Assembly: GCA_963776275.1 (NCBI GenBank)
Contig: CAVZMI010000020.1
Location: 128,001 to 192,000 of the forward strand
Direction of reading: 5' to 3'
DNA: 64,000 nucleotides
From: Ignavibacteriota bacterium
Lineage (GTDB): Bacteria > Bacteroidota > Ignavibacteria > UBA10030 > CAVZMI01
Positions 42,038-50,992 of the stretch are shown piece by piece; the stretch's first letter is position 1, and each line of letters begins with the position of its first letter. The notes below the pieces were generated by a model. The model had not been told where the DNA came from. It saw only the letters and a list, made by a program, of their open reading frames with translations, and ran no database searches. A program made the translations under genes and the position numbers.

Positions 42038-42088
42038 ACGATATTATTGTCCGCACCACTTGACAAGACGACAAAAATGTCGTATATT
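42038..42088 (+). promoter_or_regulatory. sigma70-type promoter with two palindromic operators
   Basis: TTGACA 42060-42065, 17 bp, TATATT 42083-42088; ACGACA-AAAA-TGTCGT at 42068-42083; degenerate ACGATA-TTAT-TGTCCG at 42038-42053. Confidence 0.65.
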
Positions 42089-42137
42089 CTATTGTAGGCC
42101 ATAGCCACACGAATTGCAGTATTTACCGGAGTCTATT

Positions 42138-43067
42138 ATGGGTTTACCGGCACGCATCAGCATCGGCATGGGGGCATGGGATATCGAGCCGTATAAATAT
42201 CTGTTTTATCCTGCCGCACGCGAGAAGCACTTCCGGCTGCTGGAGTTTTATAGCCGATTTTTCGACAGCGTCGAAGTAAATGCCACATTCTATAATGCGG
42301 CATTTACACCGTTCCACGCCAAGCAATGGCTTGACGATGTGGCCTGTCAGCCCGATTTTGTATTTCTCGTTAAGCTGTATCGCGGTCTGACACACACGTT
42401 CGATGCCACCGCGGCCGACATCCTCGGCATCAATGCATTTCTTGCGCCACTGGAAGAAGCCGGCAAGCTTGGTGGACTTCTTCTGCAATTCCCATTCCGG
42501 TTCACGAACCGGCTGGAACACCGGCGGTATATCGTTTTGCTTAGCCGTATATTTCGTCATCATCGAGTATTTATCGAATTGCGGCATGATTCATGGCACA
42601 ACCGCGCAATGGTGGAGTTTTTCGAAGAACACGGACTTTACCCGGTCAATGTCGATCTTCCGCAGCTACCGCATTTTATGCCGTTGACCGCGATTTCATA
42701 CAAGGGATACGCCTATTTCCGGATGATGGGCCGAAATGCCGCCGCATGGAATCACCCCGAACTGGAGAATCGATATACGTACAGCTACAGCCAGGAAGAA
42801 CTTGACGATCTTCTCCGGAAGATCAGCATAATATTAAAAACGGCACGCCGTGTCTATGTGGTATTTCATAATGATGCGAAAGGACATTCGTTGCTCAACG
42901 GCTTCACACTGCGTCATTTGCTCAATCGACACAACATTGTCGTCCCGGACCGCACCGCGCACACATTTCCGGAACTCACGGGAATCGGCTCTGTCGCCTC
43001 TGCGCCGGTGCCGCTGTTCGATGAAAAAGTTTCGCTTCACTTTCAATCAATCAATTCATCACCCTAA
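42138..43067 (+). CDS. DUF72 (UPF0759/YecE) TIM-barrel protein
   Basis: VEVNATFY, KL.RGLTH, LLQFP..F, ELRH.SW, YFR..GRN and Y.YS..EL motifs. Confidence 0.9.
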   Translation: MGLPARISIGMGAWDIEPYKYLFYPAAREKHFRLLEFYSRFFDSVEVNATFYNAAFTPFHAKQWLDDVACQPDFVFLVKLYRGLTHTFDATAADILGINAFLAPLEEAGKLGGLLLQFPFRFTNRLEHRRYIVLLSRIFRHHRVFIELRHDSWHNRAMVEFFEEHGLYPVNVDLPQLPHFMPLTAISYKGYAYFRMMGRNAAAWNHPELENRYTYSYSQEELDDLLRKISIILKTARRVYVVFHNDAKGHSLLNGFTLRHLLNRHNIVVPDRTAHTFPELTGIGSVASAPVPLFDEKVSLHFQSINSSP

Positions 43068-43080
43068 TTCAGGAGACATG

Positions 43081-43581
43081 ATGACACACTCACTCACAGA
43101 ATTTTTTACCGACTGGAAAAATGAAAGTTCCTCAACATTGAAAATCTTCAACGCCCTGACAGACGCATCGCTTACGCAGAAAGTAACGCCCGACGGGCGC
43201 TCGCTCGGATTCCTGGCATGGCATATTATCCTGACGCTCGGAGAAATGGCCGGACAGTGCGGCCTGACCATCGACGCACCTGCCGAATCGAAGGCTGTAC
43301 CAAATAAGGCATCCGAGCTTACAGCGGCATACGAAAAAGCTTCGGCGTCGCTGGTCAGTAAAGTGCAATCACAATGGACCGACGCGATGTTGAACGACGA
43401 ACTCGACATGTACGGCGAAAAATGGAAACGCGGCGCCGTGCTCGACAGCATTATCCGCCACGAAATTCATCATCGTGCACAAATGACGGTATTAATGCGT
43501 CAGGCGGGAGTGAAAGTCCCGGGCGTGTACGGTCCGGCCCGTGAGGAATGGGCAAAAATGGGCATGAAGCCGATGGCATGA
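43081..43581 (+). CDS. DinB superfamily four-helix protein
   Basis: RSLG.LAWHI and HEIHHRAQ....R..G..VPG.YGP motifs; AGGAGA RBS. Confidence 0.88.
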   Translation: MTHSLTEFFTDWKNESSSTLKIFNALTDASLTQKVTPDGRSLGFLAWHIILTLGEMAGQCGLTIDAPAESKAVPNKASELTAAYEKASASLVSKVQSQWTDAMLNDELDMYGEKWKRGAVLDSIIRHEIHHRAQMTVLMRQAGVKVPGVYGPAREEWAKMGMKPMA

Positions 43582-43771
43582 GAAACATCGCGGAGAGGGC
43601 GAGGTGAAAAGCTTTTTTGCTTCATGAGATTTCGGATTTCGGATTGATGATTTCGGAATTGGAGGACAAGGCTACACGGGGACTTGGGTGTGAATACAGT
43701 TCGTTCCCATTCATAATTCACAATTCCGCCTTCATTTTATTCCGGCGGACGTGTCGTAATTCACAACTTAC

Positions 43772-44509
43772 TTATCGCCCTGAAAATTCATTCCCTGCGG
43801 GGGTGATGCACTTGGACGTGTCGTTCTGAGAATTGTTTACAAGTTTGGAGACCGGATAGGCTTTCATGTCACGGGCTGGATAAGGTGTAAGAGATTTCGC
43901 AAGCTCGGTCATGTTTCTGAACCCCCGGTCGAGCCACTGTTCAAAGCGTTCTTCAGGAAGGATGACCGGCATACGGCTGTGGAGTCTGGACATAAGCTCA
44001 TTGGGCGTGGTGGTAATGATTGTGAAGGTAGGAAATTCTTCGCCGGCCGGATTTTTCCAGATCGAGAAGAGACCGGCAAACATGAACGGCCGCTCGTCTT
44101 TCATGCGGATGCAGAAGGGAATTTTTTCCGTAATGTTTTTTTTCTTTCCCTGCTTTTCAACCTGCGTTATGGTTGCTTTCCACTCATAGAAAGCGTCGGC
44201 AGGGATAAGGCAGCGGCTCCCTTTGAAGTAGGGGGAATAGAGTCTGCTTTTTTCAAGTGTTTCTGCTTTTGCATTGAAGGTCGAAAAATTTACTTTGCCG
44301 TCTTTCGACCAGTGCGGAATAAGCCACCACTGCATTTTTTGTACAAGGGGCGTACCGTCACGGACAACCACAACCGGCATGTGCTGCATGGGTGAGACGT
44401 TATAGCGGGGAAGACCATCAAAGACGGTTCCGATATCCCGAATCTTATTGATCATTGCAAATGATGCAATAACTTTCTTACCGTCGATCAAAACATAACG
44501 GCCACACAT
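43772..44509 (-). CDS. SOS response-associated peptidase SRAP (YedK/HMCES)
   Basis: N-terminal MCGRY; RYNVSP, FNAKAE, RCLIPAD.FYEW and H.RMPVIL motifs. Confidence 0.93.
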   Translation of the reverse strand: MCGRYVLIDGKKVIASFAMINKIRDIGTVFDGLPRYNVSPMQHMPVVVVRDGTPLVQKMQWWLIPHWSKDGKVNFSTFNAKAETLEKSRLYSPYFKGSRCLIPADAFYEWKATITQVEKQGKKKNITEKIPFCIRMKDERPFMFAGLFSIWKNPAGEEFPTFTIITTTPNELMSRLHSRMPVILPEERFEQWLDRGFRNMTELAKSLTPYPARDMKAYPVSKLVNNSQNDTSKCITPAGNEFSGR

Positions 44510-44626
44510 ACACGTCTCCTGTGCTCTGTGCAGAATAATGTAATGAAATTCTTATCGAAAACACAATATCTCTTTCGGCAATCTGCCTGTACTAACGTTT
44601 CCGCCAATACCATTGAGGAGCGTGGA

Positions 44627-45457
44627 ATGAAGAAACCTCAAATCCCATCGGACCGGTCGGAAATCGGTCTTGACGACCCGTCCGCCTCTGTCGTACCACG
44701 CGTTGTCCAGCGGGATCGGCAGAACGTCGGGGTTTGTTCTCCAGAGCTTCGCATCACCTACGATGTGTTATCACGACGCTTTACCGCGGCACCGCCGGGA
44801 AAGCTGTATCTACTATACGGCGATGCTGTGGTATTCCGGTTTGCCCTAGCTCTGGCATCACACGCCCTTTCGCATCAAGCCGCCATTGCCGTTGTCGATG
44901 GCTGCAACAAATTTGATGCGCATTCCATTGCCCGATTCGCGCGGGAACACGGATATTCGCCCGACGATTTTCTCAACCACATTTTTATTTCCCGCGGATT
45001 CACCTGTTATCAAATGGAAGCGGTTGTTAACGACCGCTTACTGCCGTTTATTCAACGCATCGGCGGAAACACTGCAATAATTTTCGGACTCCTCGACACG
45101 CTTTACGACGAGCAGGCACCGCTGAACGAGGTACGCAACATTCTCCGGCGTATAGTCATACGGCTTCACGACATGAAGGCGGTAGGAATTTCAGTCCTCC
45201 TCGCCTCGCGGCAATGGAACGTCCCGGACCAGAGAAGAAATGCGCTGTTTACAACACTACAATCGGGCATGGATATCGTCTGCCGCGTTGAAATGAACGA
45301 AGAGATGAAACCAAAGTTATATCTTGAGCAACCGGGAAAGGCGCTTCATCATGGGACGGACAGTACCAACATTCACCAATATCATCGATGCGGAAATCGC
45401 CAGCTGGTCGAAATACCGCCGCGGACTGCGCAAAGAAGACCAGGAGGCGTTCGATAA
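44627..45457 (+). CDS. inactivated RadA/RecA-like (ImuA-like) protein
   Basis: degenerate P-loop (LYLLYGD), VDGCNKFD and I.ISRGFTCYQM motifs; GAGGAG RBS. Confidence 0.75.
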   Translation: MKKPQIPSDRSEIGLDDPSASVVPRVVQRDRQNVGVCSPELRITYDVLSRRFTAAPPGKLYLLYGDAVVFRFALALASHALSHQAAIAVVDGCNKFDAHSIARFAREHGYSPDDFLNHIFISRGFTCYQMEAVVNDRLLPFIQRIGGNTAIIFGLLDTLYDEQAPLNEVRNILRRIVIRLHDMKAVGISVLLASRQWNVPDQRRNALFTTLQSGMDIVCRVEMNEEMKPKLYLEQPGKALHHGTDSTNIHQYHRCGNRQLVEIPPRTAQRRPGGVR

Positions 45458-45614
45458 CCTCTTCCGTGCGGCACAGATTCATCTTGCGGAAAATTTTTAT
45501 GCCATGCGGACGATCCCGTTCGAAAGCATCGTCATATCGATGCTCGTCGAACAACAGAAACAGATTATACAGCTTCACGAGCAGGTGAACCACCTGAAGC
45601 GCGATACACAATGA
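45351..45614 (+). CDS. small helical PolB2-associated protein (arCOG07300-like)
   Basis: MGRTVPTF...W.KYRRGLRKEDQ..FD.L...PFES...SMLVEQ; ATGA overlap with the polymerase. Confidence 0.75.
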   Translation: MGRTVPTFTNIIDAEIASWSKYRRGLRKEDQEAFDNLFRAAQIHLAENFYAMRTIPFESIVISMLVEQQKQIIQLHEQVNHLKRDTQ

Positions 45615-47881
45615 TAACGACTGTCAGAGGATGGCTGTTCGATCTCTATCCATCGGCTCAGGGAATGACTCTCTGGATTATCGATGAAGATGGAAACACA
45701 CACCGGTGCCGGGATACATTCACTCCAACATTCTATCTGCACCTCCCGCCGCCTGAGATGGCACGTGCAGAAAGGATGGCAGAAGCGTGTCCGGTTCCCG
45801 TGGCACATTGCCGGACACAGCGGATGGAACTCTATTCCGGCACCATGATAGATGTTGTCGCCTGCACCGTTTACGACGCCATGCGCGCCCGCGAGGCGGT
45901 ATGGTTCTTCGAAAAAGAATTTCCGCATTTTACATTTTTCAACACCGATATTCCGATTGCACAGTTGTATCTCTACCACACCCAACTTTTCCCTCTGGCA
46001 TTCGGCGACTACGGTATTGACGAAACCGGTCGGCTTGTGGATACTACTCTCCACGACACTGTCGGGTCAACGGAGTATCGCCTCCCCCCTCTCTCGATCA
46101 TGGCGCTCAGGAATACAGATTCATTTGTTCCGCTCAAACATCAGCGTTCGATACAACTGGAAATCAGTTACGACAACACTGACTACGTGCTTGAACAGGA
46201 GAATCCCGCGGATCTTCTCGAAGGACTCAACCGCCACCTCGCACGATACGATCCGGATATCCTTCTTACCGAATACGGCGATGCCACGCTGATGCCGATG
46301 CTTTACTCTCTTTCCCGGCATACCCGTGTTCCGCTGCTTCTGAACCGCGACCGTACCGCCGATTACCGGATTACCAAAGGATCAAGTTATTTCCAATATG
46401 GAAAAATCATCCATAAGGACGGCGCATTCGAACTTGCCGGACGATGGCACATCGATACCGAGAATTCTTTCACTGTCGTAGAATCGGATCTCGACGGTCT
46501 TTTCGAGCTCTCGCGCATCACGCAGATTCCGGTGCAGCATCAGTCGCGTGCCAGCATCGGTAACGGACTTTCATCGATGCAATTCTCGTGGGCATACCGT
46601 AATAATATTTTGATCCCGTCGAAAAAACGTGAGCCCGAAGAATTTAAAAGTGCGGCAACGCTGATACTCGCCGACCGTGGCGGACTGACCTTCCAGCCGC
46701 CGATCGGTTACCACGAAGATGTCGGAGAGCTGGACTTTGTCTCGATGTACCCGACAATCATGGTCCGGCATAATGTCTCGCCCGAAACGGTCAACTGCCG
46801 TTGCTGTCCAGATGCGCCGCCCGCGGTGCCGGAACTTGATTACAGAATCTGCAAACGCCGTGAAGGAATTGTCCCAGCAACGCTCCGCCCGGTCGTTGCA
46901 CGCCGGTTGTACTACAAGAAAAAAAAGAAAGAACTCAAGACCCGAAACGATCCTCTCTGGATCCGCTACGATCGGCGCCAGACGGCGCTCAAGTGGATGC
47001 TCGTTACATGTTTCGGTTATCTTGGATATAAAAATGCCCGCTTTGGAAAAATCGAAGCGCATGAATCGGTTAACGCGTTCTCGCGCGATGCTTTGCTGAC
47101 CGCGAAAGAGATAGCCGAACGCAACGGCTTTCATCTACTCCATGCAATTGTCGATTCCATGTGGCTGAAGAAACCGGGGGCAACTGAACAGGACTATGAG
47201 CGGCTCTGCGATGAAATCTCGGCCGCGACATCCATCGATATTTCCCTTGAAGGTATTTACAAGTGGATTCTCTTTCCGGCATCCAGAATGGATTCTCTGC
47301 TGCCGACAGCGAACCGTTACATCGGGTGGTACCAACACGGCGAGTATAAAGTCCGCGGGATCGAGGTTCGTCGGCACGATACACCGAAGTTTATCAAGGA
47401 AATGCAGAAACAGCTCTTCGATATTCTCGCACATGCCGGGAATGTCGATGAAATCAAGCGTTATATTCCAAGCGTTCTCGAGTCGGCACAATCATCGCTT
47501 CAACTTCTTAGTTCGGGAAAGGCTAATCCGCTCGATCTTGTTATTCGAAAAAATATTTCACAGGAGGCCTCGGAATACAGCAACAACAGTGTGAATGCGG
47601 TCGTCGCGCGGATGCTCGAAGATGCAGGCGTTCATCTTGCGGCAGGCGAATCCATTTCCTATATTCTCATCGATGCAACAGGAAAAAAGAAGCCGGAAAA
47701 GGCGAAACCGGTTGCGCTTTATGCATTCGAGGATGGATACGATATTGAAAAATATATCGAATTGTGTCTGAAGGCCGTCGAGACGCTCCTTCTCCCTTTT
47801 GGGTGGAATATGGAAAAACTGGCAGAATATCTCGGCCTGAACAATAAAAACCATCGAGAAAAAGGGGCAATTTGTCCTTGA
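45611..47881 (+). CDS. family B DNA polymerase, PolB2/Dpo2 group
   Basis: motif A DFVSMYP, motif B LKWMLVTCFGYLG..FGKIEAHE, variant motif C AIVDSMW, RGIE.RRHD; no intact exonuclease motifs. Confidence 0.88.
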   Translation: MITTVRGWLFDLYPSAQGMTLWIIDEDGNTHRCRDTFTPTFYLHLPPPEMARAERMAEACPVPVAHCRTQRMELYSGTMIDVVACTVYDAMRAREAVWFFEKEFPHFTFFNTDIPIAQLYLYHTQLFPLAFGDYGIDETGRLVDTTLHDTVGSTEYRLPPLSIMALRNTDSFVPLKHQRSIQLEISYDNTDYVLEQENPADLLEGLNRHLARYDPDILLTEYGDATLMPMLYSLSRHTRVPLLLNRDRTADYRITKGSSYFQYGKIIHKDGAFELAGRWHIDTENSFTVVESDLDGLFELSRITQIPVQHQSRASIGNGLSSMQFSWAYRNNILIPSKKREPEEFKSAATLILADRGGLTFQPPIGYHEDVGELDFVSMYPTIMVRHNVSPETVNCRCCPDAPPAVPELDYRICKRREGIVPATLRPVVARRLYYKKKKKELKTRNDPLWIRYDRRQTALKWMLVTCFGYLGYKNARFGKIEAHESVNAFSRDALLTAKEIAERNGFHLLHAIVDSMWLKKPGATEQDYERLCDEISAATSIDISLEGIYKWILFPASRMDSLLPTANRYIGWYQHGEYKVRGIEVRRHDTPKFIKEMQKQLFDILAHAGNVDEIKRYIPSVLESAQSSLQLLSSGKANPLDLVIRKNISQEASEYSNNSVNAVVARMLEDAGVHLAAGESISYILIDATGKKKPEKAKPVALYAFEDGYDIEKYIELCLKAVETLLLPFGWNMEKLAEYLGLNNKNHREKGAICP

Positions 47882-48059
47882 TGACCGAAAAAGGGGGGGG
47901 TGACTTTAAAAATTTCTGTACTTGATTTTGAATTAAGAAATGAATAACATATATTGTTTATAGTTGCATCTATTTTCATCTCAATTGCTATCGATTAGTG
48001 TTTAAATAGATACATATTGTTGATATTTTGTTACCATTCATTAATCAAGGAGAACATAT

Positions 48060-49547
48060 ATGAGAAAATTTTTATTACTTGGTATGTTTCTCTGTGTGGT
48101 TGCTGTCATTCCAAACAGCGTTGTAAAAGCACAGGGGATTGATTCTTATCCACGTCTTGGTGCTCAGCTCCTTATTGGAGATCCAGCCACAGAATTTTAT
48201 GAGAGTAATGGACTCAAGATGACATATCAAGCACGCGGTCTCTTACGTTATTCTCTGTCAAAGTATCTTAAGGGTGAGATTGGCGGCGGCTATGTAATGA
48301 TGTCCGGACTCGATTTCAGACATGCTTATTATCGGACAAATATTTATCCGCTCGATTTTCGCATTTTGTTATTCCCGATTCAGAGTAAATCCGTTAGACC
48401 ATTTATCTATGCCGGGGCAGGAGGACTTTATTATCGTGTTGTTAAACTTCCACAATGCGTCAATCCTCCACAACCGATTCCGCTTCTCATCACAGGTCAG
48501 GATGGATTAGCAGCATATGTACCGGTAGGAGTCGGAATTGAATTCGCTCTTTCGCAAGCAGTTTCACTGGAATTGGTATGCGGATATAACCATGTATTCA
48601 ACGACAATCTCAACTACTGTAAATTCCCATGGGATGGCGATTATAATACGGACGCATGGGCAACAGTCGGTCTCGGACTCACCTTTGCACTGGGCAGAGG
48701 AAATGCCGATGATGATAAGGATGGTTTAACGAATGCCGAAGAGGAAAAGCTCGGAACCGATCCGGACAATCCCGATACGGATGGCGACGGCCTAACCGAT
48801 GGCGACGAAGTAAAAATCTATCGCACCAATCCTCTCAAAGCCGACACCGATGGTGATGGACTGAAAGATGGTGATGAAGTAATGAAATATAAGACTGACC
48901 CGCTGAAGATTGATACCGATGGTGACGGATTGAATGACGGTGATGAAGTAATGAAATACAAGACCGATCCGCTGAAGGTTGATACCGATGGCGACGGATT
49001 AAGTGACGGTGATGAAGTAATGAAGTATAAGACGGATCCGTTGAATAAAGATACCGACGGCGATGGACTTACAGATGGTGATGAAGTACTGAAATATAAA
49101 ACCAATCCGTTGAACAAAGATACCGACGGTGGCACTGTGGACGACGGTACTGAAGTGAGACGCGGAACGGATCCTCTCAATCCGGCCGATGATGTAGTGA
49201 AAATGCAGGCTCCGATTATACTTGAAGGAATCGTATTCGCTTCAGGAAAAGCGGATATAGAACCCGCTTCAGCCGCTACACTTGAAAAAGCGCTGAAGAC
49301 CCTGAAGATCTATTCCGATATCGAGGTCGAGATCTCCGGCCATACCGACAAGCTCGGCTCACGTGCATTGAACATGAAACTATCGCAGCGTCGTGCCGAT
49401 GCAGTAAAACAATGGCTTGTAGACAAGGGCATCGATGCAAAACGGATAACAGCGAAAGGATATGGTCCTGACAAACCGATCGACTCAAACAAGACAAAGG
49501 AAGGCCGCCAGAAGAACCGGCGCATTGAATTTGTCAGAATCAAGTAA
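48060..49547 (+). CDS. OmpA family protein with beta-barrel and Ca-binding (TSP3-like) repeats
   Basis: signal peptide; DTDGDGL.DGDEV repeats; GHTD..G, NMKLSQRRA and NRRIE motifs. Confidence 0.9.
   Translation: MRKFLLLGMFLCVVAVIPNSVVKAQGIDSYPRLGAQLLIGDPATEFYESNGLKMTYQARGLLRYSLSKYLKGEIGGGYVMMSGLDFRHAYYRTNIYPLDFRILLFPIQSKSVRPFIYAGAGGLYYRVVKLPQCVNPPQPIPLLITGQDGLAAYVPVGVGIEFALSQAVSLELVCGYNHVFNDNLNYCKFPWDGDYNTDAWATVGLGLTFALGRGNADDDKDGLTNAEEEKLGTDPDNPDTDGDGLTDGDEVKIYRTNPLKADTDGDGLKDGDEVMKYKTDPLKIDTDGDGLNDGDEVMKYKTDPLKVDTDGDGLSDGDEVMKYKTDPLNKDTDGDGLTDGDEVLKYKTNPLNKDTDGGTVDDGTEVRRGTDPLNPADDVVKMQAPIILEGIVFASGKADIEPASAATLEKALKTLKIYSDIEVEISGHTDKLGSRALNMKLSQRRADAVKQWLVDKGIDAKRITAKGYGPDKPIDSNKTKEGRQKNRRIEFVRIK
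48705..49185 (+). repeat. degenerate 69-bp (23-aa) intragenic tandem repeats
   Basis: DTDGDGLxDGDEVMKYKTDPL units, about 7 copies. Confidence 0.85.
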
Positions 49548-49561
49548 GTAGTTCGGAGGTT

Positions 49562-49599
49562 AAAAAAGGCGGGGACCGGAAACGGTCTCCGCTTTTTTT
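49562..49599. terminator. bidirectional intrinsic terminator
   Basis: AAAAAGGCGGGGACCG-GAAA-CGGTCTCCGCTTTTTTT between convergent genes. Confidence 0.75.
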
Positions 49600-50023
49600 A
49601 TTCGTCGTCCCGAATACGGCGCAAACGTTTTTGCGCACTTCTGTGTTTTTTCGTCCGCAGACGTTCCTCGCGTGATGTCGATGTGGGGACAGACCGTATC
49701 CGTTTCTTTCGCGGAGCCAGAGCGTGCGCAACTACATTCCGAAACCGATCGAGCACTTTCTGACGATTCATCCACTGGCTCCGGGACTCTTGGGCCGAGA
49801 GGTGAAAAATACCGCGTCTATCGACCCTTCTTGCCAGCTGTTGCAGAAGCAGCACTCTCTGTTCTTCGCTGAATGAAGAAGAATGCTTTATATCGAAACG
49901 TAGTTCAACTTTCGTCGCAATTCTATTGACATTCTGTCCCCCCGGCCCCCCGCTCCGCGAAAATTGAAAATGAATTTCACTCAGCGGAATGGAAACATCA
50001 GATGTAATGATAATAGACACCAT
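49598..50023 (-). CDS. arfB: alternative ribosome-rescue peptidyl-tRNA hydrolase ArfB
   Basis: RSGGPGGQNVN and RSQ..NR motifs; basic C-terminal tail. Confidence 0.92.
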   Translation of the reverse strand: MVSIIITSDVSIPLSEIHFQFSRSGGPGGQNVNRIATKVELRFDIKHSSSFSEEQRVLLLQQLARRVDRRGIFHLSAQESRSQWMNRQKVLDRFRNVVAHALAPRKKRIRSVPTSTSREERLRTKKHRSAQKRLRRIRDDE

Positions 50024-50190
50024 TGGCGAATCATCCTTATTCAAAAAATACTCGGGTATTTTAGAATATACAATAAAATATTTTTTCCTGAAAGGACGCG
50101 GTAACCGGCCTCCATTATATAATATATCAATTGCCTTTCCGGAACATTTTCAATATATTGAACGGCATTTCTTCCAGGACCGGCTGCCGA

Positions 50191-50889
50191 ATGACAAACA
50201 ATCTTTCGAAAAAGGGTGTTGAACGGATGTTCGACGCTATCGCTCACCGATATGATTTCCTGAATCATTTTCTTAGTCTGGGCGTCGACTATTACTGGCG
50301 GTGGTTCACTGTTCGCAAGCTTTGCATCAACTCAAAAAGTCTAATTCTTGATTGTGCAACGGGCACCTGCGATTGTGCCATCGAAGCCATACGATATTCG
50401 CCGAAGAAAATTGTCGGCATCGATATCTCTCTGAAGATGCTGCAGCATGGAAAAGAGAAACTGGAAAAGAAATCTACCACAACAATCGATCTTATTAATT
50501 CCAGCATCGAAAATATTTCATTCCGAACAGGGTGCTTCGATGGGGCAATAGTTGCTTTCGGTGTGAGAAACTTTTTAGATCTCGAAAAAGGATTGAAACA
50601 GATTTACAGAGTATTAAAGTCCGACGGTCGCTTCGTCGTTCTCGAGTTCAGCAAACCTGGACATTTTCCGGTCAGACAACTCTACTTCTTCTATTTTTGC
50701 CATATCCTCCCGCTTGTCGGACGAATGATATCAAAGGATAAAAATGCTTATTCGTACCTTCCTGAATCCGTTATGGAATTTCCTGAAGGAGACGCGTTTG
50801 TCGAAAAACTAATCCAGGCGGGATTCCGAAATATATCCTTCCATAGATTAACGTTCGGCATCGTCACAGTTTATGATGCAATAAAATAA
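50191..50889 (+). CDS. ubiE: UbiE/MenG demethylmenaquinone methyltransferase
   Basis: MFDAIA..YD.LN..LSLG, LDCATGT.D, AFGVRN and AY.YLPES motifs. Confidence 0.9.
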   Translation: MTNNLSKKGVERMFDAIAHRYDFLNHFLSLGVDYYWRWFTVRKLCINSKSLILDCATGTCDCAIEAIRYSPKKIVGIDISLKMLQHGKEKLEKKSTTTIDLINSSIENISFRTGCFDGAIVAFGVRNFLDLEKGLKQIYRVLKSDGRFVVLEFSKPGHFPVRQLYFFYFCHILPLVGRMISKDKNAYSYLPESVMEFPEGDAFVEKLIQAGFRNISFHRLTFGIVTVYDAIK

Positions 50890-50992
50890 AGCACGTAAAT
50901 CCAGGAGATTTCTGATTTTTGATTTCTGAATCTAAATGGCTTTCTATTTTCAAGATCATACTAACATATTCAAAAAGAATATCTGTCTTTTC

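Noticed and set aside
42850-43080. N-terminal extension of the DinB ORF
   Set aside because: Overlaps DUF72; a clear AGGAGA RBS precedes ATG 43078/43081.
47893-47900. poly-G tract after PolB2 as a phase-variation site
   Set aside because: Intergenic, just past the stop codon, with no evident promoter role.
48705-49185. possible CRISPR-like array with 69-bp period
   Set aside because: In-frame protein repeats with synonymous variation and no unique spacers; no cas genes in the window.
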